From Phoronis australis (taxonomy: Eukaryota > Animalia > Phoronida): DNA of 64,000 bases. The stretch's first letter is position 1. The number at the start of each line of letters is the position of its first letter. The stretch lies in assembly GCA_002633005.1 (NCBI GenBank), contig NMRA01001009.1:1-64000 (forward strand). The letters run 5' to 3'. The notes under the pieces were generated by a model. That model was not told the DNA's origin, did no database searches, and saw only the letters and a program-made list of their open reading frames with translations. Below are positions 1-12,707 of the stretch, one piece after another. A program made the translations under genes and the position numbers.

Positions 1-1439
1 GCCAAAATCCACGAGGGCTCTAGATAAGGGAGATAACGACTGAAAACATGTACTAATCTATTTATACCACATACTGAACGAGAAACATTGCAATGAATCG
101 ATCTACCTTTCCCGACTCGCATCGACTTGGTGACTACTTTCTATGTCAGTGGTCCGGGGTCGAAGGTCGTGACCTTTTAAGAAGAGCCGAGCTATTTTTT
201 GTCAAATAATACTTTTACTCAAAACCAATTGAAAACTTAAACAAAATAGAAAGAAAGTGAATATATAAATTAAGGTTTAGCAACTATTTTAGCTTACTAC
301 ACACTTTATCACGCTAAGCTTCGACCGTGAAAATATCGTCTGCTGAAGTAGGTTACCACTGGTAACTGAATATAATGATCAAGTCAAAGGATCCCGGCGA
401 TAGGATACCGGCATTCAAATTCAGTGGAGATCGGTGATTTAAAAGTGAGAAAGCATGAGAGAAGAATTTCACTGAATTAAAATATCGTTTTTATAGAAAT
501 TATGCGTCTTATTTTTCATAGTGTATAAGTGTCGATACAATGCCCTTTGCTGAATATGCTATTGTTGCGTGTGCTCATTTAAGTATTCTATTTTCACGTT
601 CGATGACGTGGAGTTGTACAGTGGTAAAGTCGATGACCCGAAACTCGTGCGAGCCGGGTTCGGAGCCGGCCTTGGCTCCCGCCAAAATGTTACTTCACAC
701 GGTTGTATTGACCATTCGACCCGGATATTGTGGTATACTCGATGTTATTTTGAGCAAACAATGTCAAAGTAACGGTTCATTTTGTGGTAATGATTTCTGA
801 AGAAAAACACTTAGACTAAATTTACACAAATTTGGGAACTTGAAGAAAGGTTGCGCTCCCGATATACTACACAGTATAAGCCGTATAATGTTCACAAACT
901 ATAAATTCCGGCCTTCTATGTCAACACTCATAGCCTGACTGCGTTCCTGGACCTGAGGTGTTAGCCATGCGTTTATGGTGAGGAAATGTTACATTGTACG
1001 TAGCGGAGACAAGCACTCAGGAATCCAACCTCACCGACCAGCCAATTCACGAGCGCTATTCCAGTAGTTTAGACTACGTGTAGTATTGCGAAACCAAGGA
1101 CCTATCCAGGATTTTGAGTTAGGGGGGCTAGGGCAGAGTATTGGCCAGGAATTCATCCGTCAGACATTCGCACCCCCGAACTGCCAAATGGAATCTAGAA
1201 TTTTAGCGGGGGCCATGGTCCCCTTGCCCTCTCTAATTCCGTCACTGGAAACAATAAGCTTTCACGTCGTGCGATTTTCCGTGCTCTTGCGCATTTTTGC
1301 TTTACTCGCAAAAAATTGGTCTACAGAAAGCTCTCCTGGCTTAAAGGGCTACGACAAGAAGAGAACTCCGTTTCAATAGACATGTTACAGGTGTCACCAC
1401 AAACCACAATGATCAGATGCTCAACACCTCTAACAATGG

Positions 1440-1585
1440 CAGAGCTCTTTTCTCGACAAATGAACTCTCAAGGTTGGTGTTTGTATTACCAAATTTGTAT
1501 GAACAATGCCGAATGTATGAGCATAGAAAGTATTTGATGTCAACGCGCCCAACTTTACATTTAGGTAATAAATGCATTCTTCGCT
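1440..1585 (-). mobile_element. Possible degenerate CR1/L2-type LINE reverse-transcriptase fragment
   Basis: Minus-strand PKCKVGR...YKFGNTNTNLESSFVEK loosely resembles the CR1 RT C-terminal pattern KCKVxHxG...YxLG...LE.S..EKDLG. Confidence 0.3.
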
Positions 1586-3286
1586 TGGCTCTTACCCCAG
1601 CAACAGTAACGTGACGCACGCTTAGGCTTATGGATATACATGTACATGAATGTAGAAGAATTAAAAAATCGGACATCGTGTCTCAGAGGTGGCTGACCGG
1701 TTTCACGTGAAACTTTTGGATAGTATACACCGGTGACCTAAAGTCGTGAATATAAGCATAATAAGTGCCGATTGTCATACTACCCAATGTCCGTTAGCAA
1801 TTGCTCATGTGATGTCATGGACATATATCAGCCTTCACAAATATACGTGTTTTGACAATCTTAATCCTTGTTTGTCTCCGTAAGCAGAGTTTTGAAACGG
1901 TCGCTGATATCGGCGGCCATTTTGAATGAGGCCCTCAAGTCGTGGCCGTTTCGGTTAGACGGAAATACACGAAGTAAGACCTCACAAGTCAACTACAGTG
2001 CGTACAGTTACTCTATATGACATAAAAATGTATTCCATTGTTTATTAATTCAGTTTCAATTGAAATAAATTGTTATAAGTTTTGCACCCAACTTTGATGT
2101 GCACAGACGTTNAAATTGTTATATGTTTTGCACCCAACTTTGATGTGCACAGACGTTTTCAATGAGGTTGTTCACGTAAAACGCTAAGAACCCAGCATCA
2201 ATTATTGCTCTGTATTTTATTGTTTTGGCCTTACAAAACTTGATCGACCCTGGGACATTTTGATACATTGTTCACGCTACCCCTAGAGCGCGTGTTTGAG
2301 TAAATCTGAACGATAAATATTTTCGAAAATATATCCCAAAAACGCACAAAAAGTGAATTAGTGAAATATGCTGTTTTTAAGATACATTTGAAAAAAGAAG
2401 CCACTCACTCACTGTTTGTTATCATATTGTGAATACCAACACGTACGGGTATTCGTTTGACGTTCGTAAGCAGACGAACGCTGGAAACTTCAACGCCAGA
2501 TGTTGCAGGAACGCGCAGAAGAGGAAATACGATCGTTCACGACTTTAGGGCACTCACGACTTTAGGTCTTTAGCTTAGGACCTCTGATGGTATATCTTGC
2601 CGTGTAAGCCTACAGAGTGTTTTGGTTTCGTGAAACTGTTTTCAGATGATTTGTTTCCTGATACATTTGACGTTTTTCAAATGTTGTCAACGTGATTCAG
2701 CTTAATAAAGTGATACTTAATTGTTTATTGTCGCTTTTAATAATAGACTATGAGCTGAGAGCACCGTTGTTCGCCAGTTTTTCTCGTAACGAGACAGAGC
2801 ACATGTTTATTTCCGGACTAACAGTACAGGTCTTCATTCTTAAACAGTTTGAGGCTTTTGCGATCATCTGGTATTCAAGTTTTTACGCCCCGTCGGTGCT
2901 CCTTATGCTCTTGGATATTTGGTAGTTGTCTAACTAAACCCCTGTATACACACCTGCAGTTAGTTCCCTGTTCACCGAATTTCGTCTTGCTCATTTACTA
3001 TTACCACTAGGTGTCAGCACAAACTTTGTGGTCCTGTAATAGCAGTGTTATGTCGACAGGAAAGGAAGACCGATAAAACGCAAACTTGCATCAGGCATTT
3101 TTGCGACAAGAGGGCTTCTTTTTTATCAAAATTGACAATTATATGTTTTAAAACGAGTGATAGTCATTGTTTGTTCCTGATAGTGTCTCCGTATTTTCGT
3201 TAAAGGGGCGAAAAACACTGAAAATGACTGTTCGGCGCTCGGCTTCGCAGCCATTACTTGTTCTACCGTGTTGCAAGTTCTAAGCT

Positions 3287-3414
3287 ATGCTTTTCGCCTT
3301 GCTTACGCAGCCGTTGGCACTGAAACGACAAAACGACCTCAAAAGAAAAAGTCTCTCCCAGAAAGAAAGTGTTAGAAAGCATGCTGTGTTCTCCTTGTCT
3401 CAAAATTCAGACAT
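3287..3414 (+). CDS. Probable first exon of the ZDHHC3/7-like gene (AT of a split start codon at 3413-3414; frame open back to an ATG at 3287)
   Basis: Consensus donor AT|GTAAGT at 3414/3415 in a CpG-rich promoter-like region. Its phase 2 matches exon 2, which begins G-GAT-GAC, giving GAC AT|G GAT. The frame is open from ATG 3287, which has an in-frame TAA at 3281-3283 just upstream. No transcript evidence. Confidence 0.55.
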
Positions 3415-5963
3415 GTAAGTGTTTTTACTCTGTGTACATTGTAGTGACTTGTACATCGCGCTTGGCCTTGTGAAGTTGTGTGAATGACTATGCAGTATAC
3501 TGGGGAACCCAATGTTCGTCCGCCTAAGCATAAAACCGACTTGCTGTTGTACTCACCGAATTATTCCACTTCAAAGTTATGATCTGAATAGGATTCGATT
3601 TAACTCTCACAGATAACCGCATTCATCGATTCGGAAGTTTTCTTTAATTTGTGCCGAGTTATTTCAAATGTGCACTGCCTTCGGCAGCCATTTTATTGTG
3701 ACACCTAAGTTCGTCATATGCTGCCCCCTTTTGTAAAAACTGAGAAACATGCAGAAAAAGGCCAACGAAGTAATGAAAATTGCAACAGCCTGTTTTTATT
3801 GACATAAACTCGATTTGAAGCTTTGATGTTGAGCTCTGCACTGTGGTTTCCAATAAAAGCCAATTGGACAACATTTCAATGCAGTTTAATGGTGAATGCG
3901 TGAGGCAAAATGTTAAGAACCCAGCGTATCGCATTTGTCTGCGGATTTTTCCTTTGGCCTTCTAGATCCTACTAGTGCCTGGGAAAAACAGATACATTGC
4001 ATAAACAAACCCTGGATCATGTTTTGTGTCCCGTCGGAAGAAAATTTAAATTCGAAAACATCTTCTGAAAACGCACAAAAAAGTGTATTAGTAAAATCTA
4101 CTGATTTTTAAGTGGTTTTAAAAAACAATCGGTAAACTCACCGATTTTTGTCTCATTACTTTGATACGTGTCTCTTCCGATAAGTTAGTACCTAACGTGC
4201 AGACGAGCACTCCAAATTGGAACGCTAAGTCCCGCGTGGTTGCGCTGCACGCGAAACAAGATGGCGGACGACCTTTGGAGCCTGACGACAATAGGTAACC
4301 GGACTATATACATGGTACAATAGCTAGGCCCATGAATCAGCTTCTTCATCATGGATCGCTGTGGAGCTAGGCAATACATCACGTGGCTGTATAAAAGCCT
4401 GTGGATGCTGAAGGCCTACAATTGATGACAATTTCAATGACGTAGTCGCTAGCACATTTGTGTTTAATTCACAACTTGAGAGATGTTATTTCTGCTTGCT
4501 CAGCCAGCTGACCTCATAACTCTTCATCTGAACTCACCCCAACTTCCTGTGATGTCATCATTTATTGAAAAAAGTTACTTTTACAATATGTTTTTGCTTC
4601 AAGTCCATGCTTTTTCAAAACGTAAACTCTAGCTTTGAGATACACTTCATTCACCCACCTATACTAAAAAGCATGCTTTTCTGAGAGTGCATTACCTTAG
4701 TCTTACACTCAAACCCTCGGCTAACGTGTAGGTAAGAACCTTGAAACAGTCCACATGTAATCATACTCCAGGCTACTGTTTAGGTAAGAACGTAACGTTG
4801 AAGCAGTCCACATACATGTAATAATCAAAAATTGATTTAGCATGGGTGTACTATGAGACTATTGCTTATTGGAGCAATCCATGGAGATCCTTTGATTGAA
4901 AGCATACTTACTGTTATCCATGCAAACCTGCACAATCTTGTTTGCTTGTCTATTATTTTTTGCTTTTTGTGATGTTCTTTGAATCTTGAATATATAAATT
5001 ACAATTTTGGTTAATTTCTAGCTGTCACATGTTATTGGTCATGGACACCCTGAGAAATTGGGAAATCCATTTTGGAAGACCTAATTTTGAAATCCTGGAT
5101 GAACCTCTGTGTAGTAGCCATCCTGTTGTGTCCTCAACTGATGAGATTTTATGGCAGTGTTTTTAGAAAGCAGTTACATTGGCAGAGGCACTTGGGAGTA
5201 TTTTTGATAGCACACTGAGGTGAATCGGTAAGCGATAACACTGATGTCTAAATCCATGAACTAGAGTTACAACACTTTAGCTGTTGATGTGAATGTAACA
5301 GTCACAGCTATAGAAATAATTACAACCCAGTTTAGTTGATCTGAACACAGAGAGCTCTTATGATAAACTGCTCTGTGACTGTTAGGGAGACGCACATTTC
5401 CGAAGATTAATAACGTAATAATAATGATACAAGTCTGTGTAACATTGAAACCTTGTAAATCACAAAGCTATGTACGGTACACTTCAACACCTTGTGTTTG
5501 AAATAAAAATATGAAAGATGCCTGGAATGAATGTCCGGCTATACAATATGGTTGTAACTGTTTGTTGAGAGTTCTGCTAATGGTAAATGACATTTTGATG
5601 CACTTCAAGAAAGACTTTCTAAATCAAGGTGAGGTCACTGTTAAGAATTTTTCCCATGTTCCACGATTTATTCCATTTATTGTACAAATTACAATTGCAG
5701 TGTGATGTTAAAGACGGCAATAATGTATCTTACCAATAACTCTGTGTAATTGTGTGAACGAAAGTTCTGTAGATTTTAACTCGGTAAAGATATTTATTTT
5801 CTGAAAGTAGAAAGCCTGTAGAGGTTGATTATTAAAGTTCTACCAATCTGTTATCAATTGGGTCACATGACTCAGTCTTTTTACTAAAGTTTAGAAAAAG
5901 ATGCTCCGTTTCAATAACGTGACCAAATTTTGTTAGAATGTGCTAATAAATGTTCACATTTAT

Positions 5964-6255
5964 GGGCAGGTAGTCTGTTGATGTACTGTGACAGAGGGCA
6001 GACAGTCTGTTGATGTACTGTGACAGAGGGCAGACAGTCTGTTGATGTACTGTGACAGAGGGCAGACAGTCTGTTACAGTCTGTTGATGTACTGTGGCAG
6101 AGGGCAGGCAGTCTGTTGATGTACTGTGGCAGAGGACAGGTAGTCTGTTGATGTATTGTGACAGAGGGCAGACAGTCTGTTGAAATACTGTGCCAGAGGG
6201 CAGATACGGTAGTCTGTTGATGTACTCTGACAGAGGGCAGGCAGTCTGTTGATAT
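5964..6255. repeat. Minisatellite, ~32 bp unit (GGGCAGACAGTCTGTTGATGTACTGTGACAGA), ~9 copies
   Basis: Direct tandem copies visible in the sequence. Confidence 0.95.
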
Positions 6256-6999
6256 ACTCGGTTTTAACCATATATATTAATGTACCATAAAAATGGTTCT
6301 AGGTGATCGGTGCAATGGGCCCACATGCGTGGCCTGCACACGTCTGGTACGTATCAGACCGCCAGCAATTATTTTTCATAGAGGAACTTCTGTGCACTTG
6401 AGCAAATCTAGGATGTGGCAAGGGTCCCCAATCAGATTATCAATATATTTGTATGCCGATAGGGTTGTGGCCACATTGAAATCGCCTATGCTGCGTGAAG
6501 AATGTTAATATTCTAAGGAACTGTTGTGACAACATTAAAATCTCATCGCTTGATTACTATTAATAGCATCTTTGCAACTATGTTTCGATGATTCGTTCTA
6601 TGTTGTTAGCTAAGCAAAGCTCCCATGCTGACTGATCGACTCGTTGGGGTAATTGAAATATTGATTTTTGCAAGCTCAGGTCGAAATGTTTTACAATCCT
6701 GACTGTTTAAAGTGACTGTACACCGACGTTCCATCCAAGAAGTGAATTTTTATCATGACCACTTGACACTTCAAAGTTGATCTCAACTCAGATGAGAAAT
6801 GATATCTGGATGTTCAAAGAAATCAGGACCAACTATTTGTTTGGACCGTGCTCAGCTCACAAAATGACTAGCTGACATGTAGAGCCTCATACCAAACAAG
6901 AACATTTTAGTGCTGTCATCTCTAATTTGATTAAGCAACAATTTGGGACCACTGTTAAAAGTGTTCATCATTCATCGTTGTTTCTTGTGGTGATGGTAA

Positions 7000-8500
7000 A
7001 AACGGGAAAAGAACTTATTAGAAGACAGTTAGTAAGCATAACGTTTCAAGCTTGCTATTGTTCCAGGAACCGGAAGTAGCACCTTGTTGTATATTGGGAA
7101 GAAGTTGTTGTCTCTGGTAACAGTTAAGTGGGGGCTGCACCATTCAATGTAAATGGCCTCTGTGATCTTGCGGCATTGCCATTGTTCCTCTCTGGATAGA
7201 ACTCTAGTATTATCCATATTTATGGTTGTACAGATGAAACTAAGTGGTCATCAATAGCAGTGGGTTTGTCCATTGTTGTGTTCTGCAAGGTGAGTGCCGA
7301 GAGCACGTTTGGTTTCACCGATGTATACGTGAGAAGGATACTTGTCATTCTGGATCTGATAAACAACTGCTCCTCAAGTGGTGTGACGTCCTTAGGTTTA
7401 ACTAGCTGACTGCGAAGAGGGCTTAAAGTAAGCGTTGACTTCATGGCGTCTGAAGGCACGACGTAGCTTTTCCGACACACCATGAATGCCTATGATCCCA
7501 GGATATCCTAGGTCTGTCTTCGTTACTAGTAGTGCTGCTGAGGTTGTGATTGCGAGATAGTCTCAATGCCCATGGCTCATAGTCTTTCAAAATATGGTAT
7601 ATGTCCTGAAGTTTACTCTTGCTGTCCTTGTCTGCAGTGGTTCATCTTCATTGCACGGTTCTGTAGCATTCTCACAACAGACTGTGTTGAACAGGGTGGT
7701 TGGACTTGGAATTATTGGTCTGTATGGCTCGATTTGCGATATACCGTTATCTTGACAGAGCCATCGTCTTTCTTGTACACACATAAGTCTAGGAATGACA
7801 ATCTACCTCAGGCTCATATGCCATGAAGTCAACGCTTATTTTAAGTCCATTAACACTCTTGGCAGTCAGCTAGTTAAAGCTAAGGACATCGCCCCACTTG
7901 AGAAGCTGTCATGTGTTGTTTATCAGATCCAATGTGACCGGGTTTCTTCTCACAAATACATCGGTGAAACCAAACGTGGACTCGGCACTCTCTTTGCAGA
8001 ACACAAAAACTGGAAAACTCACTGCTATTGGTGGCCAGTTAGTTTCATTTGGTCACACCATCAATATGGACAATACTAATCGTGTTGTATCCCGAGAGGA
8101 ACATTGGCACTCCCTAAGATCAAAGAGGCCTTTACATCAAACAGTGCAACCTCCACTGCGTACTAAGTTTAGGGGTGCAGTGATGACCATAGGCCACGAG
8201 TCTATGTTGGCTGGACACATGGGAATTGGCAAAACTACTGAACGCATCCAAGCTAATTTTTATTGGCCTGGTATGCACCAAGACATAAATAGATTTTGCA
8301 AGTCATGTGTTGTGTGCCAGAGAACAATTCCGCTGTGACCTGGGACTGCAACTTCCTCCCATTTACGACAAGGTGCTACTTCCAGTTCCACAACAGCAGG
8401 AAGATCAGTCATGTGATGATGGGCCTTAGCTGCAGGCTTGAAACGTTTTGCTTTACTAACTTATAGTCTTATAGTAAGTAACTTCTCTTGTTTTTACAAT
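7000..8500. mobile_element. Penelope-like retroelement remnant: minus arm (RT C-terminus + GIY-YIG, ~7000-7790) and inverted plus arm (GIY-YIG/pLTR, ~7790-8500)
   Basis: Plus arm reads NTLGSQLVKAKD...VVYQIQC...KYIGETKRGLGTLFAEH (GIY-YIG). Minus arm reads YRKSSHTDQ..., LRSQLVKPKD and MDNTRVLSREEQW..RKITEAIYI. The two arms are diverged inverted copies with frameshifts and stops. Confidence 0.85.
8158..8332 (+). mobile_element. Gypsy-type integrase H2C2 zinc-binding fragment inserted in the Penelope arm
   Basis: GHESMLAGHMGIGKTTERIQANFYWPGMHQDINRFCKSCVVCQR is the Gypsy integrase H2C2 pattern. It is absent from the inverted minus arm, whose sequence aligns on both sides of the insert. Confidence 0.85.
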
Positions 8501-8730
8501 TTGGGACCAGCACTTCATAACAGTACTGATTTAAGTAAAAAGTTGCCATTTTGTAATGGAAGATGGGGAAATTATCACCACTTAAGCTGAATCTTTTTAA
8601 CATTTTATTCTGAGCGCATGAGTGTGTGAATAGTGTCAAAAGTTCAGGTTTTAGTTTACTTACAATCAAAAGTTGTCAGAGACAATGTTGTTGAGTCGCT
8701 TACAAGAAATGTAATAAATTGGTTGTATGC

Positions 8731-9006
8731 AGTGATAAGTGTTCATCAAGTGACTTCATGTACATAATCCCTCAGTATGTATACAGTGATAAGTGTTCAT
8801 CAAGTGACTTCATGTACATAATCCCTCAGTAATAGTATGTATACAGTGATAAGTGTTCATCAAGTGACTTCATGTACATAATCCCTCAGTATGTATACAG
8901 TGATAAGTGTTCATCAAGTGACTTCATGTACATAATCCCTCAGTATGTATACAGTGATAAGTGTTCATCAAGTGACTTCATGTACATAATCCCTCAGTAT
9001 GTATAC
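8731..9006. repeat. Minisatellite, 54 bp unit, 5 near-perfect copies
   Basis: AGTGATAAGTGTTCATCAAGTGACTTCATGTACATAATCCCTCAGTATGTATAC at 8731, 8785, 8845, 8899 and 8953. Confidence 0.97.
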
Positions 9007-10569
9007 ACAATGGCTGTGTGTTTCTTCACATAAAATAATTAACTTTTTAACAAGAAGATCATGAAAACTGGCAAATTTGTTTTTCATCATGACTTATTAT
9101 TATAATTTATTGCCTTGTTTCACGCCATCAAAACGCATGCTTTATTAGGGGGATTTTATGTACAACACCGCGGTTGTTTTTCAAATTCATTGTGGCATGG
9201 TGACGTCAGAGATAGCTTGGTGATATGTAAATAGTAGGATGGAAACATTGTCACTAATACCTGCATCAGATATGAAAGCAAGATTCCTCTGCAACACGCT
9301 TTTGGTGCAAGTACAGCTTAAAGCAGTCGTTATACAAAGTATAAACAGGTTATGTGTCCACAGGTTATCTTTGAGTTGCCACCAGGTACTGTATTTACAA
9401 TGCGCAGTGCCGTAGCTGAAATTCCCCGACTTGATAAAGAATTTGTCAAGGATTTTTTGTGACTAATTCTTCTGTTGTTTAATTGCTTAATAGGGGTCGT
9501 CCACATTTCAGTTTCGATGGTAACAAAGTACTGTTAATTACACATTTGCTTGTCACTTGGGAGGATATTCATTTTACTGGTGCAAACAGTGTTTTGTTTT
9601 TGTTTTGGACAGAAACTGGTCAAGAAATGCACAGAAATATACTACATGTAGCTCAAGACACATCCGTGGATGCTGGCCACACACGGTGAAGCCTTATATT
9701 CTGTCTAGTACTGGAGGGGCGGGGCTTGCTGGGTGTTGGTGGGGCAGGGCTCAGGGACCAACTGTCAGGTCTTCATGGGAGCAGTAACCTGTTTCACTGT
9801 TGCTTTCATATTAATTGACTTTTTACTGTTTATTATTTATTAACCGTGTTTGGTTGTTAACTTTTGTCGCAGCATAGACTGACATGACGCAAGATGATCA
9901 TTGCTGGATGTGGTTTATACCCTACATTGGCAAGGAAGGAGTGTTTTGATGAAAATTCACTTTGCATGTACGCACGCGCTGTCATTCCAACAATTATGGT
10001 GAATTCCATGCTCCACCTGTGCCCGGTATGCTGTCATGTCAGTCCGTTGGCCGTTGACACTAAACCAAAGTAACTGACCACCAAACTAGATGAGCATGGT
10101 CTGATACTACAACAAACTGTTGGTTCTGCCTTAAACCTAGAAGTAATCAGGGATATTCCTGGACTGCGCCTTTGCGCCATTAGCGCATAAAAAATTAAAA
10201 AGATGCAAATACGTGGCAGGAGTGTGTCCCTCAGGCACATCTTTTAAAACGCAACACTCTTCCAAAAATGTAAGATTCTAGTCAATTTACAGCCAGTCAG
10301 GTAAAACATGACTCTGTTCTTATTTCAGTTGCCCTTGGGATTTCTGTTTGTTGACGTTACCACTTTGATTACACTAAGTCTCTTGGGTATAACTTTTTGA
10401 AAGAAAGTACACCTTTTATCGTCATGTGCGCCCAAAAAACAGATTCAAACCAGGTCAGGAATATCTCTGAATGATTACTAAATATGAAGAAAGATCAAGG
10501 TGAAATCCATTTTGTTGTCAGTGTCCTAAATTATGTTGTCTTGACAGAAGGCACAGGTTTATTAAAAGT

Positions 10570-10822
10570 ACCCCCTTTGACTGCAGGTCTATTATTTCCT
10601 ATGACTGCATGTTTATTACCCCCTGTGACTGTGCACGTCTATTACCCCCTATGACTCCAGGTTTATTACCCCCTATGACTGCAGGTTTATTACTTCCTAT
10701 GATTGCAAGTCTATTACCTCCTGTGACTACAGGTCTATTACCCTTTATTACTGCAGGTTTACTACCCCCTATGACTGCAGGTATATTACCTCCCATGACT
10801 GCAGATTTATTACCCCCTATGA
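10570..10822. repeat. Minisatellite, 24 bp unit (GACTGCAGGTTTATTACCCCCTAT), ~10 copies
   Basis: Tandem copies; they explain the repetitive GLLPPMTA and GGNKPAVI ORFs. Confidence 0.93.
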
Positions 10823-12707
10823 ATGTGCTTTTTGTACAATTACTTTTTCTTATTGAAATGAACACTTCCTCCTTGACAACATTTCACATTGAAGCAGACG
10901 TTGAACATGGGTCACATGACCAGGCATAACTTCCTCTACTGCTACTTCAAAGAATGGGTGAAAGTTAAATTGAGCAGTGTCAATTATAGCCATGCCCAAT
11001 CCTGATCCACCTTGTCAGTCTGTGCTGTGTGTGTTAGCATCGTGTCTGTTTGCACGTGTCAGTTTGCACGGTGTCAAGGATGTTACAGATCCGTTAGGGG
11101 GGATCTGTTTCATGAAATGTGACTTGTTGTAAGTCAGCGATTTGGCTTTGTGCTCCTGACAAGTATTTAGAATATTTAAATCTCACTTTAAGTTCAAGAA
11201 CACCAAGTCTATGAGAATATGGCCACAACTTCACGGTATTTAATTAATTTGTAATACAAAGTAAGTTTAGATTGTGATATGTCAATGGGCTTCCTTTATT
11301 TTGTAATTGTGAATTGCCAGCGTGAGACTAAATTTTCTGACTTTGAGCCTTAATTCGATTTTCATAAAATGGACCCAGGTTTTGGTCTTGCAAACTCTGT
11401 TTTAACAAGTTTTAAATATGTCTGCATCTAGGGGACAAATTTCATGCTTCCAAATTAGGGTTGTTTCGGGATAGCTATGTAGAATACAATGCTGTTGCAG
11501 GACCCCCACTCTCCCTGAGAAGAAAGACATCAGTAAAGGTTTTTTTCTGATAGGGGAAGTTTTTGGTTGACGGGAAATCCCGCTCCCAGTTGCCACCGCC
11601 TGCTACAAGTAAACTTGAGCGAGCTGAAGCGTTATTAGTTGCTGTACTACTGATATTAATTTTACACCCAAAATCCTTTAGAATGTTTAACTTGTCAGAT
11701 GTACTGCACACTGTTTGTTATGTCTGCCGATCGCCACAGCTTACCAATTAACCAGAGGACTTGATGTTTCTTTCTTAACGCCATCACAACACTCCATAGG
11801 CAGCTTTCACACTAACTCCTTGCGGGTAGCGACATTGCAGTTTCCAGTAGTTCTAAGGATTAAACACCAGATGGGATAGTTGATTCACTCTCTCGATTGA
11901 ATACTTGCGTTACATGTCGCTAACCTCTAGCATTCACTCCTATCAGAGAGTAGAGTTAACCTTTCCTATTGCAACGGGTTGGACAACTTTGCAGTTTGAT
12001 ACACTTATTTTGGGAGGAGTTGGGATGGCAGTTACACTTTCCAATTGATCACCCCCCACCCCCACAAAGGGAAGGAATGTTGATGGGAAAAGTGACATTA
12101 GTTTTCATTTGAATGGTTCAATATTAACAGCAATTATTATAAATTGTGTCATGCTTAACTTGAGATGCTTAGTGACCATCAGCAGTGATGTGGAAAGGAG
12201 TGACAGATCATAAATGTATAACTTGTTGGTAAGAATGAGCTTGTGACGCAAAATGAAGTCCAGGTAAATGGATTGAATATGTCAGTTTAAGAAATGAATG
12301 ATTAACGGTGGCTTATTTCACATCACACAGGCTTTCAGAGATATCTCTCTGTCATGGGAAATGAATTTTAAAGCCTTCAGTGTTGGAGCGGTGTTAAATG
12401 CCTTTAAATGAAGTGCCATTAGATGCTTCACATCGTAGATTGGATTAACTGTGATCATATTGCTACTCACACTAACTAACAATAGATGGCACTACATGCT
12501 ATGGACTTGTGATCAATGCAATGTTGGGAATTATTCAGTTGATGGTCTTGTTGTTGACAAAATGTTCAGTGACCAATTTTGAATATGAAATGTGAGCAAA
12601 CATGCATTATTTCTTAACTTCCTTTTTGAAGCATGGAATTTGTTTCTTTCTGACTCCTTTGACTTGTACATTTCTCTGGCTTTAGTTAACTTATCTTTTT
12701 ATTTCAG

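Larger units (their letters stand above)
1..4400. promoter_or_regulatory. CpG-rich promoter-like region upstream of and around exon 1 (possibly bidirectional)
   Basis: Visibly higher CpG density than the introns. Motifs: E2F-like TCCCGCCAAAA (677-687); YY1-like GCGGCCATTTT (~1913), GCAGCCATTTT (~3685) and CAAGATGGCGG (4257); DR1-like GGGTCGAAGGTCG (~157); CTCF-like CCACTAGGTGTCAG (3004). Confidence 0.5.

Noticed and set aside
676-700. Minus-strand TAACA-TTTTGGCG as an LTR end and primer-binding site
   Set aside because: No gag-like ORF follows; it is better explained as an E2F-like promoter motif.
2067-2157. 45 bp direct duplication
   Set aside because: The copies are separated by a single N (2112), typical of a scaffold-join overlap artefact.
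10599-10929. Repetitive GLLPPMTA / GGNKPAVI ORFs on both strands
   Set aside because: Translation of a 24 bp minisatellite; no splice or homology support.
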